A stretch of DNA of 64,000 nucleotides from an uncultured Actinomycetes bacterium (GTDB taxonomy: Bacteria; Actinomycetota; Thermoleophilia; Gaiellales; JAICJC01), in contig CAVPWG010000005.1 of NCBI GenBank assembly GCA_963709425.1, forward strand, positions 216,030 through 280,029, given 5' to 3'. Every line of letters begins with the position of its first letter. Within the stretch, counting starts at the first letter, position 1. The notes below the pieces were generated by a model. It had not been told where the DNA came from and searched no databases. It saw nothing but the letters and a program-made list of their open reading frames with translations. Shown here piece after piece: positions 57,780-64,000 of this stretch. The position numbers were made by a program, and so were the translations under genes.

Positions 57780-57894
57780 CGGCGGCCTGCGCCCACCTCG
57801 ACCAGTTCCAGGTGACGGAGCTGCCGGTGCCGCCGGCCGGATGCGAGCAGTGCTTGCCGAGCGACGAGTCGCAGCACCCGAGCGACCGCCTTGC

Positions 57895-58185
57895 TTAGGT
57901 CTGTCTTGCTATCGGATCGATAACGTGCTCTCGCACTTCCTGGCCAAGCCGGTGCGCCGCCGACGCCTCGTCTTCGGCTGATGCCTCGATGAGCTCGACC
58001 GACACGATGGCGTATGGCGAATACGATCTGCCGGTCCCGGGGATCTCGAACCACCGCCCCGTCTCGATCGTCTGGCGGATCTGCTCGAACGTGTCTTCCG
58101 CCGAGACGTGGTGCTGGATCGCCCATTCGTGCTGATACCCATCGGCGAACGAGACGCGCACGGACGCGGGGCTACTCGAGGTCAT
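57895..58185 (-). CDS. Hypothetical protein
   Basis: 96-aa ORF with balanced composition. No motif recognised. Confidence 0.4.
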   Translation of the reverse strand: MTSSSPASVRVSFADGYQHEWAIQHHVSAEDTFEQIRQTIETGRWFEIPGTGRSYSPYAIVSVELIEASAEDEASAAHRLGQEVREHVIDPIARQT

Positions 58186-58245
58186 ATCCCGATCGACTCC
58201 GCCGCCGATCGCGCATGTGTCGTCGGTACCGCAGGTGTGTCGTCG

Positions 58246-58590
58246 TCATGCGTCACGCGCGGCCTCCCGGTCCGTATCGGGATCGATCTCCCGAGCCTGT
58301 GCTTCGTGGTGTTCAGCAGCGGCACGCTCCTGCTCGGCACGTTGCGCCTGCTCTTCGGCTGCTAGCCGCTCCCGCTCCGCCCGCGCAGCCTGCTCTTCGG
58401 CTCTGAGCGTGGCTTGCTCGGCGCTTCGACTGCTCGATGCCGCCTCCTCGCGGTGCGCGGCAGCGGCAGTGCGACGCTGGTCGAGCTTCTCGGCGCGCTG
58501 TCGCCGATATACGACACCGGCCAGGGCAACAAGAGCCACGACCACCACGGCGATGAGGACGATGGTCGTGCTGGAGATGAGGAATGGCAT
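58246..58590 (-). CDS. N-terminally membrane-anchored coiled-coil protein
   Basis: TM segment TTIVLIAVVVVALVALAGVV followed by A/E/R/Q-rich helix repeats. Confidence 0.45.
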   Translation of the reverse strand: MPFLISSTTIVLIAVVVVALVALAGVVYRRQRAEKLDQRRTAAAAHREEAASSSRSAEQATLRAEEQAARAERERLAAEEQAQRAEQERAAAEHHEAQAREIDPDTDREAARDA

Positions 58591-58707
58591 GTTGGATCCC
58601 TTTCGATTTCGCGGCGGGCCACACCGACCGTGCCGCGCAAGACCTCAGAGCGATGTACCCGGACACAGGGTGTTCCAATCCGGGTCGCGGTAAGACGCCG
58701 CGATGGA

Positions 58708-59550
58708 CTACCCACGGACGAACGCTGAAATCACATCCCGGACATGATCCGGCCGCTCGTGCCAGGTGAAGTGCCCGGCCCCGTCGACGATCTCAACATG
58801 GGCGTGCGGGATCAGCCTCGCGGTCTCCGTCGACGCACGCATCGGCATCGGGCTCGCGGCGCCGTGCACGAAGAGGACCGGGACACCGGCGGGCACGGCG
58901 GGCAGTCCGCGGACGAGCGTCCCCGCCTGGTCGTGCTCGCGCACCGACGCCATCGTCGCCGCGAACGCCGGCACGGCCAGCTCGATGTCCGGCATCGGCG
59001 GGGCGGCGGACGGATCCGCGAAATACGACGGCCAGACCAGGCGGAACGCCTCCATCGACTCCTCGGCCGTCGCCGTGCCCGCCTCCTCCTTCGCTTCGAT
59101 CTCCTCCACCCGCGCCCGCTGCCCGTCGGCCAGGGGCGCCTCCATCCGCTCGCCGAACTCCGCCATCACCTCGACATGTGCTCCGAGCGGGTCGATGATG
59201 ATCGCACCGGCGAGCCGCTCCGGGCAGGTGACGAGCACGTGCAGCGCCAGGTACCCGCCCCACGAATGCCCGACGATCCAGGCCCGTCCGCCGACGGCCT
59301 CGTCGATGACCGCCGCGGCGTCGGCGACGTGCGTCTCGACCGTGAAGGGCTCGCCGACGGTCGTGGGCAGCAGCCCCCGCTGCTGGTACAGGATCGGGGA
59401 GAAGGGCCCGGTCAAGAGCTGCACGAGCGGGTCGAGGTAGTTCGCCGACATGCCCGGGCCGCCGTGAAGCAGCACCACCGGAAGGCCCTCGCCGCCGAAC
59501 CGCCAGGCCTGAATCGTGCCTTCCGGCGTCCGGACCGTGAGCGGCTCCAC
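58708..59550 (-). CDS. Alpha/beta hydrolase (proline-iminopeptidase-like)
   Basis: VVLLHGGPGMS oxyanion region and nucleophile elbow GHSWGG. GTG start abuts the upstream stop. Confidence 0.85.
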   Translation of the reverse strand: MEPLTVRTPEGTIQAWRFGGEGLPVVLLHGGPGMSANYLDPLVQLLTGPFSPILYQQRGLLPTTVGEPFTVETHVADAAAVIDEAVGGRAWIVGHSWGGYLALHVLVTCPERLAGAIIIDPLGAHVEVMAEFGERMEAPLADGQRARVEEIEAKEEAGTATAEESMEAFRLVWPSYFADPSAAPPMPDIELAVPAFAATMASVREHDQAGTLVRGLPAVPAGVPVLFVHGAASPMPMRASTETARLIPHAHVEIVDGAGHFTWHERPDHVRDVISAFVRG

Positions 59551-60783
59551 CTACGCCCGCCCCCGTGCGAGGTCGATCAGCCGCCCGAGGATTCGGTCGC
59601 CGTCGGCGCGCAGGCCGTCATGCTGGTACTCATTCGTGACCCAGGCCCTGAGCCCGCTGACCTGGGCGGCCGTCTCCTCCGAGAACACCCGCTCGACGTA
59701 CATGTCCTCGGCGTACACGGCCGCCGCCGCTGGAACCTCGTTCCGGCGCAGCTGGTCCGCGTCGTAGAGGCGCGGCCAGTCGACGTTCGCCAGAAGCCCG
59801 GCCGCCTCGCGGAGCGGCGCGAGCGCTGAGTAGTCCTCGAACATCCACGAGTAGACGTGCTCGCCGGTGAAGAGCCCCGGGTCGTCGTACGCCTCCGGCA
59901 GCAGCCGCTCGGCCGACCACCGGGTCGCGCAGCCGTCTGCGTAGCAGGCCTCGTGGATCGCGGCGTAGAGCGGGTTTCGAGGGAACTGGCCGGCCGCATC
60001 GACGTCGTGCAGGAAGGCGGGCGAGTCGACCGGAAGCTCGAGGATGTAGTGCAGGTGCTCGGCGCCGGATCCCATCCCCAGCATGTGGCCGATCTTGCGG
60101 AAGCGGCGCCCGGTGAGGCGATCGCCGCCCGGAAGCAGCACATCCTCGGCCTCGATCCGGCGGCGAATCTCGCGCACCCGAACGCGGTCACCGGGGTAGC
60201 GGTCGTAGTAGCGGCGGTTCCGGTCGAGCACCCGGTCGTAGGTGGCGCGGTACACGTCGTCGACCGGGCGGCCGATCGGCGGCAGCCCGCCGGTGAAGAA
60301 CGCCTCCCGCAGGCCCTCAGGCGCACGCGAGAGATACGTGAGCACGCAGAACCCGCCGAAGCTCTGGCCGAGCACGCTCCAGCGATCGACGTTCAGCTCG
60401 CGCCGAACCCACTCGGCGTCGCGGACGATCGAGTCGGCGCGGAAGTGCTGCAGGTACTCGGCCTGTTCCTCCGGCGTCCTGCCCGGCAGCGCGCCGGCCG
60501 GCGTCGAGCGCCCGGTGCCGCGCTGGTCGAGCATCAGGACGCGAAACTCGCTGAGCGCCCGGTCGAGCCAGGATGGTGCCGTCGGGTGTCGCGCCGGGCG
60601 GGGCGCTTCGAACCCCGGCCCGCCCTCGAGGAACACGAGGAACGGCCGGTCGCGGCCGTCGGGATCGGCCACCTCGCGCGCGAACACGCTGATACGCTCG
60701 CCGTCCGGCCGGTCGTGATCGAGCGGGACCGAGAACTCGTGCTCGGTCAGGACGAGACCGGCCGTGCGGATGATGTCGGGCAT
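59551..60783 (-). CDS. Alpha/beta hydrolase, prolyl aminopeptidase (S33) type
   Basis: FLEGGPGFEAPRP and nucleophile elbow GQSFGG; 410 aa. Confidence 0.85.
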   Translation of the reverse strand: MPDIIRTAGLVLTEHEFSVPLDHDRPDGERISVFAREVADPDGRDRPFLVFLEGGPGFEAPRPARHPTAPSWLDRALSEFRVLMLDQRGTGRSTPAGALPGRTPEEQAEYLQHFRADSIVRDAEWVRRELNVDRWSVLGQSFGGFCVLTYLSRAPEGLREAFFTGGLPPIGRPVDDVYRATYDRVLDRNRRYYDRYPGDRVRVREIRRRIEAEDVLLPGGDRLTGRRFRKIGHMLGMGSGAEHLHYILELPVDSPAFLHDVDAAGQFPRNPLYAAIHEACYADGCATRWSAERLLPEAYDDPGLFTGEHVYSWMFEDYSALAPLREAAGLLANVDWPRLYDADQLRRNEVPAAAAVYAEDMYVERVFSEETAAQVSGLRAWVTNEYQHDGLRADGDRILGRLIDLARGRA

Positions 60784-60870
60784 CCCCCGCGATTATGCCC
60801 CAGGGCCGGCGGGCGCCGTGCGTGGGTTCGGAGAAGGGTGGCAGGCGCGATCGTTGTGCGATGGCGGTTG

Positions 60871-61527
60871 TCAGTCCGCGGAGCGGGCCAGGTCGACGCC
60901 GACCGGGCCCTCGCACGCCGCGTTCACGTAGCCGGAGCGGAAGGGCCGCGCCTCCCCGGTGTCCTCGTCGTAGGTGTGGCGCAGCACGCAGCCGGTGTCG
61001 TTCGCGAGCAGATGGATCGAGACCGACGTCATCGGCGAGGTCGTCCGCACCCGGTGGATGTCGTTCCGCGGCGGAAGGAGCGCGTAGAAGTCGCCGGGCG
61101 AGAGCGGCCGGCGACGGGTGCAGACGAGCTCCCCACCCGTCGGCTCGTAGAACTCCTCGTCCTGGGAGCCCCGATACAGGCCGACGAGCCCCCAGGCCAG
61201 GTGGTCGTGCACGGGCGTCATGGCACCCGGCGGCACGACCAGGCTGAACAGCGAGAGCGACCGATCGGCAGCGCGGAAGAGCAGCCACTGACCGATGCCG
61301 CCGCCCATCCCGCTCTCGGGCGCCGGCTCCTGGTAGCGCTCCGGCAGCCACCCCGGGTCGCGGAGGAGCTGCACGAAGAACGGCTCGATCGCCGCGCAGG
61401 CCTCGGTCGGCTCGGACGCCTGGGCGATGGCGGCCCGCACGCTGCCCAGGAAGTCCCTTACGACGGCGGAATCGAGGACGTAGGCGTCCTCGTCCAGCGG
61501 CGGAAGCGCGTGCACGGAGTCGCACAC
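60871..61527 (-). CDS. Cysteine-dioxygenase-type-I-like cupin
   Basis: VVPPGAMTPVHDHLAWGLVGLYRGSQDEEFY...NDIHRV matches the bacterial CDO-homologue His triad region. Confidence 0.65.
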   Translation of the reverse strand: MCDSVHALPPLDEDAYVLDSAVVRDFLGSVRAAIAQASEPTEACAAIEPFFVQLLRDPGWLPERYQEPAPESGMGGGIGQWLLFRAADRSLSLFSLVVPPGAMTPVHDHLAWGLVGLYRGSQDEEFYEPTGGELVCTRRRPLSPGDFYALLPPRNDIHRVRTTSPMTSVSIHLLANDTGCVLRHTYDEDTGEARPFRSGYVNAACEGPVGVDLARSAD

Positions 61528-61539
61528 GGGGCCGAACGC

Positions 61540-61782
61540 CTACTGCCGGTAGTGCTCGACGGTGTCGGCGCTCCGCGGCTGCGCCTCGTCCGGGTCGAGG
61601 CCGAACTCGCGGCGGGCCCGGCGCTGGCGCAGCAGGTCCCAGCAGCGGTCGAGCGAGATCGCGATCTCCTGGAGCCTGGCGTGATCGCCGGGCTCCAGGT
61701 CGCCGTGTCCCTCGCGTTCGAACAGCTGCTGCTCCTCGGCGACAAGCTCGTCGATCCGGCCCAGGACTTCGGTGTCATTCAT
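61540..61782 (-). CDS. DUF2630 family protein
   Basis: VLGRIDELVAEEQQL...RLQEIAISLDRCWDLLRQRRARREFGLDPDEA is the DUF2630 signature. Confidence 0.8.
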   Translation of the reverse strand: MNDTEVLGRIDELVAEEQQLFEREGHGDLEPGDHARLQEIAISLDRCWDLLRQRRARREFGLDPDEAQPRSADTVEHYRQ

Positions 61783-61873
61783 GTCGTCGCTCCTTCGTCG
61801 GGATCCCAGGGGATTCTAGGGCGCTCGGACAGAGCTACGACCTTTGGAATGCAGCCGGGTCGGCGGCGCGGCG

Positions 61874-62488
61874 ATGTGGTTGACTGGCGAGGTGAACGCG
61901 GCGCGTTACTGCAGACGCTGCGGCGAGGCACTCGCGCCGGACGCCGCCTTCTGCGCAGCCTGCGGAACGGCCGTCGCCTACTCGCCGGGCACGGCCGACC
62001 CCGGCCACGGGTCGGAGGTCCCGCCCGCGCCCGAAGCCGGCACGATCCTCGGGACGATGGCCACCTACGGCCAGCGGGTCGGGGCCTGGGCCATCGACTG
62101 CCTCATCGTGTACGGCCTCCTGTTCGTGGTGGCGGTCATCGTCGTCGCGGTCTATTTCCCGGACGCGTCCGATACGGAGTCGGGCCAGACGGGCCTGGGG
62201 CTCCTGCTCGTCCTGCTCGTGCCGCTCTACTCGGCGTTCCTGCACGGGCTGTGGCATGGGCAGACCATCGGTAAGCGCGCCGTCGGGATCGCCGTCAGGC
62301 GGGTCGACCGGACGGAGATCGGGCTCGGTCGCTCGTTCCTGCGCTCCTATGCGCGGGCGATGTGCTGGGTCTTCTTCCCGGTCTGGGTGCTCGATTCCCT
62401 GTGGCCCTTATGGGAAGGCAAGCGCCGGACGCTCCACGACCTCGTCGCGGAAACGGTCGTGATCGTCAGGCCGCGCGACAGCCTATAG
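61874..62488 (+). CDS. Zinc-ribbon + RDD-family membrane protein
   Basis: CRRCGEALAPDAAFCAACG then YGQRVGAWAIDCLIV...GQTIGKRAVGIAVRR...RRTLHDLVAETVV (RDD domain). Confidence 0.8.
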   Translation: MWLTGEVNAARYCRRCGEALAPDAAFCAACGTAVAYSPGTADPGHGSEVPPAPEAGTILGTMATYGQRVGAWAIDCLIVYGLLFVVAVIVVAVYFPDASDTESGQTGLGLLLVLLVPLYSAFLHGLWHGQTIGKRAVGIAVRRVDRTEIGLGRSFLRSYARAMCWVFFPVWVLDSLWPLWEGKRRTLHDLVAETVVIVRPRDSL

Positions 62489-62491
62489 CGC

Positions 62492-63046
62492 GTGCCGCGG
62501 TACTGCGGAGTCTGCGGAGAGGCGTTGCCGCCGGACGCGTCGTTCTGCCCCTCGTGCGGGCGAGCCGTCCCCGACGCCCCCGGGGTCGCCGATTCGATGC
62601 CGTTCGCCGGCTACGGGCGACGGGTCGGCGCATGGCTCGTCGATCTCGCCGTGCTCTGCGTGCTGGCGGCCATTCTCGTGCTCGTGCTCGTCGCCGTCCC
62701 CCAGCCGGACACGCCCAGCGAGGTGGACGCGGCCGCTCTCGCCGTCACCGGCATCGTCCTGCTCATCGTCTGTCTGCTTCCGTGCTACTCGGCCCTGCTG
62801 CACAGGTTCTGGAGCGGCCAGACCGTCGGGAAGCGCACCGTGGGCATCGCCGTGCGCCGCCTCGACGGCATCGAGATCGGACTGGGCCAGTCGCTTGGGC
62901 GCTCGTACCTGCGCGCGGCCTTCTGGGTCTTCTGGCCGGCATGGGTCGTCGACTCGCTCTGGCCGCTCAACCGGGCCGACGGGCGCAGCCTGCACGACCT
63001 CGCCGCCGGGACGGTCGTCCTGCGAGCGGCGCACCCGGAGGCGTAG
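62492..63046 (+). CDS. Zinc-ribbon + RDD-family membrane protein (tandem paralogue)
   Basis: CGVCGEALPPDASFCPSCG then YGRRVGAWLVDLAVL...GQTVGKRTVGIAVRR...GRSLHDLAAGTVV. Starts 3 nt after the previous stop. Confidence 0.8.
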   Translation: MPRYCGVCGEALPPDASFCPSCGRAVPDAPGVADSMPFAGYGRRVGAWLVDLAVLCVLAAILVLVLVAVPQPDTPSEVDAAALAVTGIVLLIVCLLPCYSALLHRFWSGQTVGKRTVGIAVRRLDGIEIGLGQSLGRSYLRAAFWVFWPAWVVDSLWPLNRADGRSLHDLAAGTVVLRAAHPEA

Positions 63047-63048
63047 CC

Positions 63049-63699
63049 GTGCCGACGGAGAACGCGGCCGGCGTCGTGTGCCTGCACGGACTCGGGAGAG
63101 GCCCCTCCGACTGGGACGCGGTCCGCTCCCGGCTCGAGGCCCACGGCGCACTCTCGACGCCAAGCCTTCCGCGCGACTCGACCCGGGCGCTTGCAGTAGC
63201 CGCGAACGTCGTCAGGCCCGGAGCGATCGTCATCGGGCACTCCATGGGCGGCGTCGTTGCCCTCCATCTCGCCGCCGACGCGTCGCATGCCCTCGGCGGC
63301 GTCGTGCTTACCGGCTGCGCGTTCCCGGTGGCCCGGAACGGCCGCACCCGCCGTGCGACGGCAGCCGACTATGCGGGCCACCGGATCGCCTTCCTGCGCT
63401 CCCTGCGCCGCACCCCACGCCGGTCCGGCACGCACGGCCGACCTCTGGCCGGGCTGTCCGGTATCGCCCGAGTGCTCGCCCGGCCGGGCCGGTTCGACGC
63501 CCTGGCCGGCTCGATCACGGCGCCCGTTCTCGTCGTGCACGCCCGCGACGACCACCACGTGCCGGTGGACTTCGCCCTCGCCGCCGCCGCCCGCCGCCCG
63601 GGTTGGGAGATCCGCGTGCTCGAGGCGGGTGGCCACCACGCCCATCTGCGCTCACCCGCCGAGTGGCTCGCAGCCGTCGAGCCGTGGCTGGCTCGGTGA
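63049..63699 (+). CDS. Alpha/beta hydrolase
   Basis: GTG 63049; VCLHGLGRGPSDW, nucleophile elbow GHSMGG, C-terminal GGHHAHL. Taken from the C-terminal part of ORF 62362..63699. Confidence 0.7.
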   Translation: MPTENAAGVVCLHGLGRGPSDWDAVRSRLEAHGALSTPSLPRDSTRALAVAANVVRPGAIVIGHSMGGVVALHLAADASHALGGVVLTGCAFPVARNGRTRRATAADYAGHRIAFLRSLRRTPRRSGTHGRPLAGLSGIARVLARPGRFDALAGSITAPVLVVHARDDHHVPVDFALAAAARRPGWEIRVLEAGGHHAHLRSPAEWLAAVEPWLAR

Positions 63700-63933
63700 T
63701 CAGCCGTCGAAGCGCCCGTCGGCGATGGTTCCGCCGGGCCGGATGCCAGGCGGAACCCCGTACGCTCAGGATCGTCGTCGTCGGCACCGCCGGCCGGCCA
63801 CGCGTCGACATCGACGCATTCGCCGTTTCGGCGCTCTAGGAGACGCCTCGGCGACTTTGGATCCATTGAGAAGCTAGACTTTCTGCATGCGCCGGGAAGG
63901 CCGAGGGCGCGCACACGCAAGAGAGGGGACAAC

Positions 63934-64000
63934 ATGAGTTTGCAGATCGGCGATACCGCACCCGACTTCGAGGCGCAGACCACCGAGGGAACGATCAATT
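63934..64000 (+). CDS. Peroxiredoxin (AhpC/TSA, 1-Cys/Prx6-like) N-terminus, 3' end outside window
   Basis: Hand translation MSLQIGDTAPDFEAQTTEGTIN matches the canonical peroxiredoxin start. Only 22 codons are visible. Confidence 0.6.
   Translation, partial: MSLQIGDTAPDFEAQTTEGTIN

Overview
High-GC (about 70% by eye), actinobacterial-type chromosomal segment, densely coding on both strands. I saw no rRNA, CRISPR array or transposase. Blocks: (i) 1-3.4 kb: APH-type kinase fragment, zinc-ribbon coiled-coil protein, large GT-C-like membrane protein. (ii) tRNA-Ala(UGC) at 3413..3485, then a ~21.9-kb segment (3439..25315) bracketed by a 119/120-nt direct repeat of the tRNA 3' half, with a frame-broken tyrosine integrase beside the tRNA. 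This looks like a tRNA-targeted genomic island. It carries stress/envelope genes (USP, TerC, YceI, AI-2E transporter, HdeD, DUF2252) and three large signalling proteins (SARP-NB-ARC-TPR, a membrane kinase-like/LPG-synthase-TM fusion, Zn-ribbon-adenylate cyclase-ATPase-TPR). (iii) 25.3-32.8 kb: phage-type HNH endonuclease broken by an 11-bp tandem duplication, a general-stress cluster (AI-2E, 2xDUF892, DUF3618, Holin-X, ElaB-like, CsbD) and an RsbV/RsbW-like pair. (iv) 33-48.8 kb: mixed accessory region with PLD, a lipoprotein/Nramp/PRC-barrel/PRC-barrel operon, CYTH-CHAD, GT4 and several gene remnants. (v) 48.9-51.6 kb, the most unusual locus: an OmpR-type response-regulator gene split inside its GADDFVT|KPF codons by 2.0 kb made of three single-gene modules (cupin, GNAT, VOC/glyoxalase), each ending in a conserved 26-bp repeat. 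(vi) 51.7-64 kb: DUF899/DUF2182, argininosuccinate-lyase-like, SDR, three alpha/beta hydrolases, cysteine-dioxygenase-like cupin, DUF2630, tandem Zn-ribbon-RDD proteins, start of a peroxiredoxin. About a dozen genes need +/-1 frame corrections (about 20 sites in all), so either the region is decaying or the assembly has uncorrected indels. All family names come from motif recognition by eye; no database search, fold program or statistics could be run.
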